Source of the DNA: Eledone cirrhosa
Lineage: Eukaryota
Assembly (NCBI GenBank): GCA_964016885.1
Contig: OZ024741.1
Span: forward strand, 42,842,001-42,906,000
Reading direction: 5' to 3'
Length of the DNA stretch: 64,000 nt
Shown: positions 51,235 to 63,752 of the stretch, one piece after another
How positions within the stretch are numbered: the stretch's first letter is position 1
Layout: each line of letters begins with the position of its first letter
Notes under the pieces: generated by a model
Database searches by the model: none
Told to the model about the DNA's origin: nothing
The model's input: only the letters and a program-made list of their open reading frames with translations
Position numbers and translations under genes: made by a program

Positions 51235-54200
51235 GGGACCAGAACCAACTGGACGAAAGAATTGAATAGAACTGTTATGCAATGTTACCTGAAGAGTAAC
51301 CCCAAGGAGAAAGGCTATAGGAAAAGGATGCATAACATCTGGAACGAGATTGGTACATTTAAATTAAATGAACAAAAACTGGCCGGGCAGGCTCGAGTAA
51401 TAAGAACTAATGGGTGAATAAGCGAGCTGGAACTGAAGGAACTGGGCAGAGAGATTAGCTTGGAGATGGAGGGTGGAGTATGCCAGGCAGACGAGCCAGT
51501 GGGAAATAAGGTGAAGAGGTCGAGAGAACGCAGGAACCACCCGAAACAGACAATGATCTGAATGCTGAGATAGATAATACCTGGAACAGAGATACGGCCA
51601 CTGAGGGGATGAATGCTGACGGGCTAGGACAAGATTTGGTAGATATCCTAAACTTAGTGGTAGATGAATTGAACAATGATAGTGGGAGACCTATGAAGCT
51701 AAGATTTGTAGACAGGAAAAAGTTAAAAGAAACAACAGCTAAGGTAAACAAAGTCATCCCATAACTTGAGGCGAGGAGCCTTCACCAGTGCAACAATATC
51801 CTCAAAGCAACAGCAAATACGGTGAGGAAACTACTTGGTATAAAAGCGAGAGGAAACAACAGACAAGAAAGAGCAGAGCCCTGGTGGAAGAAACGACTGA
51901 GTGGTCAAATCAGGGAAATGAAAAATGACATTGGAAAGATTGAGTCCCTACTGAATGGGACACTAAAAAACATAGACACTAAAAATAGACTGGAAATAAA
52001 GTACAAAACTAGGAGGAAAAAGCTAAATATTATCATAGAGGAACTGAAGCAACGCATTGTAGCAAAATGTTCAAAAATCAGGCGATACGAGAACAGAGTC
52101 AGCCAGTATAGACAGAACCACATGTTCGACAACAACCAGATGCTGTTTGGACAGCTTGAAGGGAAAGAAAGAGGCAACGACTTGATCCCTGAGGCGGAAC
52201 AAACTAAAACATTCTGGAGAGGAATATGGGAGCAGGATGTTAAACATAATGACCAGGCAGTGTGGATTGAGACAGTACAGAAGGAGATCAGTGAACAGGC
52301 ACGCCAACAAACTGATTTGAGTATCACAGTTGAAACTCTTAAGGGGCAGGCCAAAAAACTAACCTACTGGAAATCACCTGGCCCAGATGGTGTGCAGGGG
52401 TATTGGATTAAAAACATAACATCCCTCCACCCGAAACTGACAACCATGTTCAATGACTGCTTGATGTCAGGTGAGGTACCAGAGTGGTTGACAAAAGGTA
52501 CCACAGTTCTGATAATGAAAGACCGAATCAAGGGTAATGATGTTACCAACTATAGACCTATCAGATGTCTGTCCGTAATGTGGAAACTGTTCACAAGCAT
52601 TATGTCTGAGGAAATCTACCATCACCTCCACACAAACAACTTGTTACCGGACGAACAGAAAGGATGCCGAAAGAAGTCACGCGGTACAAAGGTCCAGTTA
52701 CTTATTGATAAGATGGTAATGAGGAATTGCAAGAGGAGACACACTGGTCTTGCCATGGGATGGATAGACTACAAAAAGGCATTTGACAAGGTGCCTCATT
52801 CTTGGATCACCAAAAGCCTAGAGATCTTCAAGGTGGCAGATAACATCAGACAGTTGTTGGGCAAAAGTATGAAGTCCTGGAAAACAGAGTTAAAATCAGC
52901 TGGAGAATCCTTGGGAGGCGTGACGATCAAGAGAGGTATCTTCCAAGGAGATAGTCTGTCCCCTCTGTTTTTTGTCCTTGCTCTGATGCCTCTGACCAGT
53001 GTACTGCGAAAAGTGAGAGCAGGATACAGGTTGGGAAAGGGAGGGCTTGCCATCAATCACCTCCTCTTCATGGACGATCTTAAGCTCTTCGGGAAGAGTG
53101 AGAAGGAGTTGGATGTGCTTGTTGACACTGTCCGTATTTTCAGCAATGATATATGTATGCAATTTGGTATTAGTAAGTGTGGAGTCATTGTGATGAGGAG
53201 GGGTAAGTTGAGCAGAAGTAACGGAATCCAGATACCAACAGGTGAGATGATAAAGGAAATTGACTCTGAAGAAGGATACAAGTATTTGGGCGTTCTGGAG
53301 GCTGATGACATCAAGTACAGAAAAATGAAGGAATTGATAAGAACTGAATAGCTTCGGAGAGTAAGGAGCGTATTAAAATCACATCTGAACAGTAGGAATG
53401 CCATAAGTGCAGTAAATTCCCGAGCTGTGTCTATTATTAGGTACAGTGCGGGAATTCTGAGATGGAATGTTGCTGAACAAAAAGAAATGGATAGGAAGAC
53501 TAGGAAGCTATTGACTCTCTACAATATGTTCCACAAGAGGAGTGATGTCGATAGACTCTACTTAAGGAGATCTGAGGGTGGAAGAGTTCTTATCAGCATA
53601 GAGGACTGTGTTCAGATGGAGAAAAACAACCTACACAAATACGTGACTGATAGTAAGGAGCCAATGCTCAGAGCTGTACTGAAGGAGGGGACAATAGGCC
53701 AGGGGATGTCCATGGAGGAAATAACATTAAGGAGAAAGAGCAGCCTTCAGGAAAAATCCCTTCATAGTACCTTCTTTGAGAAAACTGAATTTAGAGATCC
53801 ACAGACATGGAACTGGTTGAAAAGAGAAGACCTTAAAAAGGCTACAGAAGGAATGTTAATGGCTGTGCAGGAGCAGGCCCTCAAAACGAAGTGGTTGAAA
53901 CACCACATTTACAAGGAGGAGGCTAGCCCACTGTGCACGATCTGTGGAGAGAGAGAGGAGACTGTGGCTCACATTGTATCCGAGTATAAACACCTAGCCC
54001 AGACTCACTATAAGGGCTGGAGACATGATGTGATGGGCAGGGTGATCCACTGGCACCTATGCAAAGTAAACAATTGACCACATTCTGAGAAGTGGTATGA
54101 GCATAAGCCAGAGGCGGTGATAGAAAACGATCAATTGAAGGTGCTGTGGGATTTTAGGATACAGACGGACAAGAAACTGGAACACAATAGACCTGACCTG

Positions 54201-54582
54201 GTGGTTGTGGACAAAGTAAAAAGATCGTGCCTGATTGTGGATGTGGCCTGCCCATTCGACACGAGAGTGCAAGAGAAGGAGAGGGAGAAAATTAACCGAT
54301 ACCAGGACTTAAAGTGGGAGGTAAAAAGGATTTGGAAATGCCATGAAGTCAAAGTGATCCCGATTGTTATAGGCGCACTAGGGACTATCTCCAAAGGTTT
54401 CCAGGGATGGTTAAAGAAAATTGGCCCCTTCACGCTTTTTGGAACGCTTCAAAAGGCATGCTTGCTGGGAACAGCAAGAACCCTCCGATACGTCCTGAAT
54501 ATCTGAGGCTGCAGGTAGTGGCTTGATATTCATCTCATCAAACTTTCCAGTTAACTAACATCAATGACTGAGACTCAAAGAG
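51234..54582 (+). mobile_element. Dong/R4-clade non-LTR retrotransposon (RT + restriction-like endonuclease), pseudogenised
   Basis: KSPGPDG, DYKKAFDKVPH, GIFQGDSLSP, HLLFMDDLKL, CxxC..H, RPD..D..K RLE; in-frame stops at 53351 and 54077; flanked by (TAA)n, the known Dong target. Confidence 0.93.
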
Positions 54583-54856
54583 TAATAACAATAATAATAA
54601 TAATGATTTCATTTATTGGCCACAAGGGCCGACATATAGGGGACAACACAATAGACAGGGACAGTGGGGGTTTACATAGAGATCGAGTAAGTATAAATAA
54701 CAAAATACAAAATAACAATAAAAATACAACAATGAAAGTTCCCCAATAAGAGGGATCACCACCCAGGGTTGACTCAAGCACCCCACCAGTCCTGAGCCAC
54801 CCGACGCTCCTAGGGCACCCGGGAAGGGCACCCCTCTCCTTCTCGAATTCACCAGC

Positions 54857-57800
54857 CTACAGGCGCATGATCAGAGTAGGCCCACTCACGCGGGCCATTC
54901 TCGCCACATTCACCCACCTTTCAGTAAATGTACTGGGGGGCAGCACTTCTCTCTCCACCCTGACCTTCCTTTCCAAGTGAAACTTGAAGAAGTTGATGAG
55001 GGATTGGCCGAAGAGAAAAGTGTCTGTCTTCAGTCCTTTCAACCTGGTCCACCATGCAACCTCTTTCGCTACTGCCACCAGGCAGAGGAAAATTGCCTGC
55101 CCTTCCTGGCCAAAAGAAGGCGGCGGGTCAATCTTCACTATGGACTCGGACGATAGCCGGATCCGTTCTACACGCGACAATAGCTGTTCGACATAACCCC
55201 ACAAGTCAGCAATGCACGGACACTGGACGAGTGCGTGCAGAACGGTTTCGTCGCTCTGCGCGCATCTCGGGCAGGTTCGTCTGACAGCACTTCCGTGCCT
55301 GTAGAGTTTATCCCGAACCGGCAGCGCCCCCCGGTAGCACTGCCAAGCGAGGGATTTCTGGAAGTTATCCATCGTCCCCGGCTCGAAAGTCCTCCGGAAC
55401 ATACTGGTCACTTCTACTTCGTTGACGCCCAGAGCCTCTCCTAGTACGTCATTGCACTTGCCCTCCACTAATCCTCTATAGAAATCTTGAGTGGAAGTTC
55501 CACTGACCGCATTGCCCACCTTGCAGAGTGCAGTGAGCGCCTGGCAACATTCCAGATGCCAGTCGCCCAGTCTCGGTCTCTTCTTGACCCAGGACTGCAG
55601 CTCAGTCAAAGAGATGAGCTGCGGAAAGGCCCGTCTAACAAACGGCGACCACACCTGTTCACCGTTTAGGCAAAATATCTGGAGATGTCGCAGCCTCAGC
55701 GCATGTCTGCGCATCATTAGCCACGGCATGCACAGCCCTCCACGAAGAGGGTGCTGGCAGCAGATGGACCGCCTCACCAACGGGACCCGTCCCCTCCACA
55801 AAAATTTGAAAAGGAGCCGTTCCAAATTGGCGAGGCGTGGACGGGGGCAAGGCACGACGGTCAGGCGGTAGTAGATGACGGACGCGATGTACGCGTTCGC
55901 CACCTCCGCCCGCCCTTTCAGTGATAGCTTTCTCTCAGCCCATTTCTGGGTGAGGTTGGCTATCCTGCTCGTCACCTCGTCCCAATTCTTATCCACCTGG
56001 AGGTCTGGTCCGAACCAAACCCCGAGCAACTTTACCGGTCCGTCTGTCCAGCGCCCAACGACGCTGTTGGACGGCATGGACTTGCCTCTCCAGGTGCTGA
56101 GCTGCAAGCCCACCGACTTTTCCGGGTTAAGTTTTGCTCCCGTCAACCTTTCATATTCCTCCAAATGGGTGCGGATCACCTCGATTTCCGAGGTGTCCGA
56201 CACCATCACGGTGATGTCGTCCGCATAAGCGGACGCAGCCTTTCTACGTCCCGGTTCGAGCGGGATGCCCTTCAACAACTCCAGCTTCCGCAGTAGAGGC
56301 TCAAGAGTCAATACGTACAGAAGTGAGGAGAGAGGGCACCCTTGACGGACCGATCGAGAGATCTGAAACGGTTCCGAGAGGTGGCCATTAACTTTGACCA
56401 CCGAGCAGATGCCGCTGTACATTGCAGCGATCCAGCTTCTGAAGACGGGGCCGAAGCCAGCCGCCTCGAGGACAGCCTCCAAGTACCGATGGTCGACCCT
56501 ATCGAATGCTTTCGATTGATCTAAATTGATCAGAGCCCCACCGAAGCCAGGTTTGCACCCAACCCTCTCTATGATGTATCGCATGAGGTGGAGGTTGTCG
56601 TGTATGGACCTGGTCGGGATTGCGCAAGTTTGCGCCTCCCCAACCAAATCTTTGACGACAAGCGCCAACCTTTTCGCTAACACCTTGGCCAAAATCTTAA
56701 ACTCTGTGTTGAGCAGGGTTATGGGCCTGAAATTATCTAGTGTGTCCCTCTTGTTCTCGTCTTTCCTTATCAGCGTCACTACGCCACGGCTCACAGAACT
56801 GGGAATGCTCCCGTTCTGCTGCCAGTTGCAGTAGAGCGCTTCGAGGAGATCGGAGAACAAGTCTGGCATATTTACGTAAAGCTCGTAGGGCAGACCATCC
56901 AAACCGGGTGACTTGCGACTCGAGCAGCCGACAAGGGCGTCCTGAATTTCTACTGATGTTATCGGCTCTTCGCAGCGCTCAGCGTCGGCCGTCGAGAGGC
57001 GTGGCAAGCCGTCGAGGTAGGGACTGAAGTCCGCCGCCGTCTCCGACTCACCCATCCTCCCGAACAATCGAGCAAAGTGCTGGCGAAATGCCTCACACAT
57101 CTGCTTGGAATCGCTCAGTTCGTGTCCATCTCGATCCGTCAAAGACTGAATTGTGGTTTTATTTCCACGCTGCGTCTCTGCAAAGCGAGCCCATCGGGCA
57201 GCTTTGGTTCCCTCGTTCCTCAGAGCACGCGCCTTAGCTCTGACAATGCAACCTTCGTGTTTCGCATTGAAGAAATGGTCTAGTGCCATTCTCGCCGCTA
57301 GCACGTCTGTTGCAATGCCACTACAAATAGCCTCGTCTAACTTAGCTATCAGCCCCTCCTCCTTTCTATTTTTCTCTATTGCTACTTCTTTGCTAAATCC
57401 TATCGAGGTTGCTCTAATCTCTCTTTTGAGTGCCCCCCACCACCTGTTGTTGACAACCCCCCCTGTCAACTTTTGCTTAACTAAGTTGTTGACCCGGTCC
57501 CTGTAAGCTTTACGTGCCGGAAACGACATGTTTAGCTTCCAGTAGCTAGGTCCTAACCTACGTGTCTTATCTAGGTCGACCATACAGATCACAAGCTTGT
57601 GATCTGAATAGGCAACCGTTTTAAAATGTGGACATCCTACACTATTTCTATCTCTTTTCCTAATGAAAATCCTATCTATGTACGATCTAGATGACCCTAT
57701 GCGATTGGTCCAGGTCCATACTGGCGCATTAGGGAAATCTAGTCGGTACCTGTCAGACAGTTGAAACTGGCTGATCAGGTACTTGAGGCTTTTGCACCCC

Positions 57801-58276
57801 CCGCTCCTATCAGATACTCCCACACAATCCCAGCGTGCTTCTAAGATGTCATTCCAATCCCCTATTAACAGTAAAGGGCGAGACGTAAGCAGAAAGTTTT
57901 CCAGGCGCCTAAAGAAGTCCGGCCGACCGGCCCCAGTAGGGGCGTAGACGGCCACCAGTCTAAAGGCACCACCTTCGCTATTGCTCACGTCCAGGACCAC
58001 CAACTTTCCGTCAGGATCCCGGAAGATTGACCTTACCTCGAGATCCAGACATTTCCTAAACAGCACAGCCACTCCACCTCCCATTCCCGGCCGACTAACA
58101 GATGCAAAGATCTGATAATCGTCGAAAATCGGCGCCAGTGCGCGTGTGTCGGAAATTCTGGTCTCGCTGATGGCAATTACATCCATTCCTAGTGACCTGA
58201 GGTCGTTGAGCAAGTGACCTTGCTTCCAGGGCGACCCCAGGCCACGAACATTTAAACTTCCTACTCTTATGGCCAT
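54857..58276 (-). CDS. LINE ORF2 APE-RT, 1139 aa
   Basis: All APE/RT motifs present (GDWN, SDH, QGCPLS, AYADD); several conserved Gly residues substituted relative to copy 1. Confidence 0.95.
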   Translation of the reverse strand: MAIRVGSLNVRGLGSPWKQGHLLNDLRSLGMDVIAISETRISDTRALAPIFDDYQIFASVSRPGMGGGVAVLFRKCLDLEVRSIFRDPDGKLVVLDVSNSEGGAFRLVAVYAPTGAGRPDFFRRLENFLLTSRPLLLIGDWNDILEARWDCVGVSDRSGGCKSLKYLISQFQLSDRYRLDFPNAPVWTWTNRIGSSRSYIDRIFIRKRDRNSVGCPHFKTVAYSDHKLVICMVDLDKTRRLGPSYWKLNMSFPARKAYRDRVNNLVKQKLTGGVVNNRWWGALKREIRATSIGFSKEVAIEKNRKEEGLIAKLDEAICSGIATDVLAARMALDHFFNAKHEGCIVRAKARALRNEGTKAARWARFAETQRGNKTTIQSLTDRDGHELSDSKQMCEAFRQHFARLFGRMGESETAADFSPYLDGLPRLSTADAERCEEPITSVEIQDALVGCSSRKSPGLDGLPYELYVNMPDLFSDLLEALYCNWQQNGSIPSSVSRGVVTLIRKDENKRDTLDNFRPITLLNTEFKILAKVLAKRLALVVKDLVGEAQTCAIPTRSIHDNLHLMRYIIERVGCKPGFGGALINLDQSKAFDRVDHRYLEAVLEAAGFGPVFRSWIAAMYSGICSVVKVNGHLSEPFQISRSVRQGCPLSSLLYVLTLEPLLRKLELLKGIPLEPGRRKAASAYADDITVMVSDTSEIEVIRTHLEEYERLTGAKLNPEKSVGLQLSTWRGKSMPSNSVVGRWTDGPVKLLGVWFGPDLQVDKNWDEVTSRIANLTQKWAERKLSLKGRAEVANAYIASVIYYRLTVVPCPRPRLANLERLLFKFLWRGRVPLVRRSICCQHPLRGGLCMPWLMMRRHALRLRHLQIFCLNGEQVWSPFVRRAFPQLISLTELQSWVKKRPRLGDWHLECCQALTALCKVGNAVSGTSTQDFYRGLVEGKCNDVLGEALGVNEVEVTSMFRRTFEPGTMDNFQKSLAWQCYRGALPVRDKLYRHGSAVRRTCPRCAQSDETVLHALVQCPCIADLWGYVEQLLSRVERIRLSSESIVKIDPPPSFGQEGQAIFLCLVAVAKEVAWWTRLKGLKTDTFLFGQSLINFFKFHLERKVRVEREVLPPSTFTERWVNVARMARVSGPTLIMRL

Positions 58277-58305
58277 GCTGGCAGGATGAATGGGAGAGGA
58301 AAGGT

Positions 58306-60214
58306 TTACTTACCTTCCGGGGTCTTGTGAAGGTCGGGTGGTTCGACCTCCATGGTTTGTGGGGTTTCTTTTGGGAACCCCTTTAATAGTCTTGACGTGG
58401 GTTTTACGTTCGGGGTTCCCACATCCCGAGGAAAGCTCTTTCGAATTTCTTTGTATGAAGCGAGCGACATTCGCATCAGAAGCAAATTATCTGGTACGCG
58501 AAATGTGCTCGCTTCAAATGTTTCCCCGTCTTTTTCGATGTTTGTGCTTCGTGCTACATGGGCCATCAATTCCTTGTTGGCCCTTCTGGCAAGCACGAAG
58601 TTTTTAATGTTTTGTTGCTCGGGTTTTATTTGTTCGTGTGATTGTGGTGGTGATAGCTTTGTTAGTGTTGTTTCTATTGTGTCTGCGTTTGTTGTGGGTG
58701 GGGTGTCTGTAGTTTCTGATGTTTGTGTGTCTATTTGTTCTTGTGTCTGTTTAGCTTGTTTGCGTTTGGGGGATTTTGGTGGTTGTGTTGGTGATGCTGT
58801 GGGGAAAATGTTTGTGTGGGTGGTGTGTGTATTTTTTTTTGTGGGGGTGTTTGTGCTTTGTGGATTTCTTTTTTTTTTGTGTTTTGTTTTTTGTATTTTG
58901 GGGGACTTTGGTTTTCCCTCATCTTCACTGCTGGAGGATGAGGGGTCTGTGGCTGTGAGCGTGTTTGTGTCTGAGTGAGTGTTTATGTTCTTGTTCGTGT
59001 GTGTATTTTGGGGGGGAGGGGGAATGGGAGAGCTTTCCTCGTTTCCCCCCTGGGTGTGCAATTTTGGTGGTTCCATTGTTGACGGTGTTGCTGGTGGTCC
59101 TTGTCCCGGCGTCGCCAGCAGTGGAATCTTTCGACCCCTTGCGCTTTTCGGCAGTTGAGGGCAGAAGGCTCGCAAGTGTGTCGTTTCCCCACAAAGGAAA
59201 CAATGCGGCCTTTTGCCCTCAGTCATTATATGCAACACCCTCCCGTTTTGGAGGCGGATGTGGTCCGGGATTGCTTTTACGTTTTCGGGTCTGATTTGGA
59301 GCAGTATCTCCAGATCAACCCCGGACCAGTCGTCCCTGGCAGTTCTCGTTGCCTCTACCGGGACTGTATCCGTTCCTTCCACGATTACGCAACCCAGGAG
59401 CCACCACATATCAAGTCCTGGTGGAATCCTGGGAATGCGCACACGTGCTATTCGTTTTCCCATGTGGGAGGGGTACATTATAACCTTGCTGGTTTTGCAA
59501 GGGGTCATTGAATGCTTCACAGCGAGGGCTTCAGACTTGAACAGCACCAAAACGGTGCCGTATTGCCTGCCCCTCTCTATGAAGTCTGTGTCCTCTCTGA
59601 TGTATTTCAGTGCGGCTTCTATATCAGCTTGGGCGATTATCGCTGCCCTCTTTGTCTCTACTGAGATGCATCTGAAATGCACCGTTCTTTTTTCCACTGC
59701 CTCAATGGCTTCTGCCGGGACAGTTAAGTTTGCCCAGGTCTGCTCTTGATTTATGATTTTCCAGGCCTGGGCCAACTTTTCCTCTCTGTTGGTTAAGTCG
59801 ATGCTGTAGCATGGTCTCCTTTTAGCCGCTGCCACAGCAGCGAAGGTGTTCTTGTTGGTGTTGTCACTGTTGTTGTTCTTGTTGGTGTTGCTGCTGCTAT
59901 TGCTGTTGTTGTTCTCCCCTGTGTCGTTCTCCCTCTGTGCTGTTGGCCTTGTTGGTGCTGTTGCTGTCGCTACTATTACTCTCTGTGCTGTTCGTTTTGT
60001 TGGTGCTCTCGCTATTACCACCTTCTGCGCTGTTCGGCTTGTTGGTGTTGGTGTTGTCGCTGTTACCACCTTCCGCGCCGCTCGGCCCGTTGGTGCTGGC
60101 ACTGTCGCTGCTCACATTCGTGCTGGTGGCGCTCCTCGCCTCACCTCTCCTCTCAACGCTCAAGTCGCCGTTGCACGACAGCAGACCCGCCTCTAGGGGG
60201 CGTGGCTCCGCCAT
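58306..60214 (-). pseudogene. LINE ORF1 with a single frameshift near 59930
   Basis: The likely start MAEPRPLEAGLLSCNGD (60214) matches copy 2 LLSCNND; the CFLCGETTHLRAFC knuckle is in the 58306-60102 frame. Confidence 0.85.
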
Positions 60215-60939
60215 GTTTTTTTGAGAAAAAAATTATTTTTTTTTTTTTTCAAAATAAAGTTCAAATATTTGGGCCAAAAGGCCCAAATATTATGAGTTAT
60301 TCCTTCACAGGATACAAATTAATGTCTTATAATGCTTCAGCGGTACAAAAAATAAACAATTCTCTACAATTAATCCTCAAAAAATTGCTTACTCACGGAG
60401 CTTCAAAAAACGTACATCCACTTTCGTCAATAATAATAATAATAGCAACAACAACAGCAGCAGCAGAAGTAGTAGTAGTAGTAGTAGTTCTAGTAGTAGT
60501 AGTAGTAGTAGTAGTAGTTCTAGTAGTAGTAGTAGTAGTAGTTCTAGTAGTAGTAGTAGTAGTAGTAGTAGTAACACTGGAAATAATATTGAACTTCATA
60601 TCTTTAACTCTCTTTAACCTTTATTTCCCTTCAACATTCCCCAGTATCAAGAATGCAACAGTAAAAGTAAAAACTACAAACAACGCAATACTTTCAATTT
60701 CGACATGAAACTTAACCACTCCTTACAATGACAGGAAGCACATACTTTGTTTGTTTCACCGAAGTAACTATATTACCAAGAACGTGGTGTGTATGAAATA
60801 TTGGCACCAAACTAATGATTTAGTTTCACATTCCATTCCATAGTATTCATGTGGAAGATCACTTCAGTTATCATCATCATTATCAACATCATCATTGTTA
60901 TCATTATTATTATGATTATTATTATGATTTGTGACATAC

Positions 60940-61085
60940 AGTTACGACACTTTAAGTTCTGAGTTCAAATCCCGCCAAGGTTAGCTTTGTCTCTCATCCA
61001 TCCATCCATCGATAAAATAAAGTACCAGTAATGCACTGAGTAATTGCTGGCCTTGTGCCAATAGTAGAAACAATTATTACTATTA
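60940..61085 (+). mobile_element. SINE family A, 5'-decayed
   Basis: B-box and tail GGCCTTGTGCCAATAGTAGAAACAATTATT. Confidence 0.82.
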
Positions 61086-61850
61086 TTATCGATCATCAAT
61101 ACCTGGCAGCAATCCTCAAGGAAGCTGAGTTGTAGGCCTTTGTGAGAGAATGGATCACTGCAATGCACAGTGGCATCTATTAAGTAGCAGGGTAGCCAAT
61201 CTCATCAAGAAAAGGGTCGGGAGAAAACTACCACTGAAAGGTCTGGCAGAGGTGGTGAAGGCGTACATCTGGCCCGTCATCTACTACTGATTGACTGTCG
61301 TACTGTGTTCCAGACCCCGTCTGACTCTACTGGAGCGTTTGATTTTTCCCTTTTTGTGGAAATGACACTCTCCACTCATCAGGCGCTCGATTTGCAGTCA
61401 ACACCCGTTGCGTGGGGCCATGGATATGTGGTGGCTGATGAATTGCAAACATGCACTGAGGCTACATCGTCTTCAGCTTTTCCATGAGATTAAACAGGTG
61501 TCGTTACCAATTGCTAGACACATATTTCCGCGGCTCGTCTCCTTGACCAAACTACAGTCCTGAGTCAAGCGCAGACCGAGACTGGATGCCTTGTATCTGA
61601 AATGTCATCAGTCACTCACAGTCTTATACTAGTCGGAAAATGCTGTCAGTTAAAATTCAACGTTAGAATCCTATAGGGGACTAGGAGTGGGCAAGTGCAA
61701 CGACGTTCTCGGGGAGATTCTAGGCTTCGACAAGAATGAACTAGCCAGTCTCTTCTGGAGGACTCTTGGTCAGGGGCCCATGGATAACTTCCAGAAATCC
61801 CCTGCCTGGTAATATGTTCCCGGGAAAATCTGTCGGTTTCAGACAAACTG
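61086..61850 (+). pseudogene. Heavily decayed L1/Tx1 ORF2 fragments
   Basis: Nucleotide similarity to ORF2 segments (GATCACTGCAATGCACAG, CTGAAAGGTCTGGCAGAGGTGG, ATGGATAACTTCCAGAAATCC). Confidence 0.8.
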
Positions 61851-61929
61851 GAGAATTCAAAAGAGTCCCTTCCTCTCTCTGGCACTCTTTCACTCTCCCC
61901 TTATCTTCTAACTGAAATTAACAACTTAA

Positions 61930-62150
61930 CCCTTTAGCATTTAAACCGGCCATATCCGGCCAGAATTCTCTCGCCTCTTTCTGTTTAAACAGGCCATAAC
62001 TGGCTGCTTATACTTATTTTAAGATATTGTTCTCAAAATAAATAATATCAAAATCTCATAGATTCGATATTATGTGTGATAATTATGTGAGGTAAAGCCT
62101 TTGCTGTGAAAATACTATAGTAAATATAGAGTAATCTAAATGCTAAAGGG
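61930..62150. mobile_element. piggyBac-type MITE (221 bp)
   Basis: TTAA TSDs (61926-61929, 62151-62154) and perfect 14-bp TIRs CCCTTTAGCATTTA/TAAATGCTAAAGGG. Confidence 0.88.
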
Positions 62151-63241
62151 TTAAAGGAAACTAAAAGAAAGCAAAGAACCCAATTTTCCAGGTCGGGCCG
62201 AGGAAACTTCTTCTATTCGTCTTTTCATTGCTGATACTATCACTCGTTTGCAACTCCTGACAGAAGCTTCATAGATATTCCAGTGTCATGAAGCGGGATT
62301 TTAACTCAAAACCCTCAGAGACGCAATATGTAACTTTCAGAAATTCTGCTAATCCAGGGTCTTGAACTGACGCCTTATTTATCGACTCCAAAACTATGTA
62401 AAGTAAAGTTGGCTACTCTAGGGTTTGAATTAGAACATAGATGGTCATAACAAATACTGCAAAATATTTTTTGTCACACAAACTATTATGCCTACTCATC
62501 GCAATCCTCATTTTTGAAATGACTGAGGCTGGATTCATACTTTATGCGTAAATCATCCAGCATCTGTTGCATATGAATTTCCTTTAGTTGCACATTCTAA
62601 AAGAAATGAGATTGGAAAAAAGACGATACTGAGCTAACGGTGTGAGAAGTATTTATACGAAATTTCATTTAAGAACTGAAAACCGAGCCACGGCATGAAT
62701 GAAAGTAGGGACATAAATAATGTGTCGTTTTAGATGAAAAGCAAAGATAAGTAAATTAGAACAAACGTAAGTTAGCCATATTTATGAATTCATTACCAAG
62801 CTATGGAACTGACACTGTAGCTAAAGTTAGAAAGGAGTAGCATAGACATATAAATAATTAAATAGAGCTAAATACAAGAGGGAAAATGCAAGGTCACAGG
62901 TACCAATGCAGCATCTGTTCTGGTAATATGTTATAATTATAATGTTCTCAAGTGGGAACTTATTTAATTATTTAAAAAGGAGAAAACAAGAAATATATTT
63001 ATTATCACATGTCCAACCTAACACATATTATTTTTACTACAATTACAGGGCTTCTTGACGATTTCTGAAGCGTAAAACATTCTTATAGAATACTGTATAC
63101 CTACAAAATATGTAAGCAAAATGTATCCAGTGAAAAATAAAACAAGCATAGAAAATATGAACAAAAAATATGAACAATTGTTTCTGTTAACAAACAATGT
63201 ACGTAGCCGAATTCTGAGACTTTTAAGCGTTGAGAATATAT

Positions 63242-63321
<80 letters not shown>

Positions 63322-63467
63322 TAAAATAACAGATTAATGTTTAAGCAAAGAATCGCTGCTTTCACCCTTAACGGGATATTCTGAAACTAACAAAGTCAAT
63401 CTGTAAACGCAGAAGTGGATATTTCAAAAAACGTTGCAACCGAAGGAAAACAGGAAGACGATACTTT

Positions 63468-63752
63468 GGTTCGTGGAAACGTTCGCTGGCAAAGAACGGG
63501 AAAAAAAACGAATATAATACGTCATTAATAGGAGCGGTGAAAACAATTACGCGCAAAGAGAGAACCACGTTTATGGTATAAAAGAGGTCGTAGACTAATG
63601 TTCTCTTAGGTGGTTCATAGAGACGTTCTCTGGCAATAAACGAAAAAAAACGAAGATAATACGTCATATGTGGAGCGTGGAGAACAATAGCACGCAAAGA
63701 CAAAACCACGTAAATGGTATAGCAGAAGTCGCAGACTAAAATTCTAATTAGG
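63468..63752. repeat. Two diverged ~144-bp tandem units
   Basis: GGTTC..ACGTTC.CTGGCAA..AATACGTCAT..GGAGCG..CGCAAAGA..ACCACGT..ATGGTATA..AGACTAA occurs twice. Confidence 0.8.

Larger units (their letters stand above)
54605..60428 (-). mobile_element. Full-length L1/Tx1-type LINE, copy 3
   Basis: Intact ORF2, ORF1 with one frameshift, (TAA)n at both ends. Confidence 0.94.

Noticed and set aside
53349-54077. Programmed stop read-through in the Dong element
   Set aside because: Several stops of different types and a C-to-Y change in the zinc knuckle point to ordinary decay.
58278-58313. 36-nt mini-intron (GTAAGT...CAG) fusing ORF1 to ORF2
   Set aside because: The spliced product is out of frame with ORF2 (GCA TGG CCA TAA), and the AG is absent in copies 1 and 2 (CAAC).
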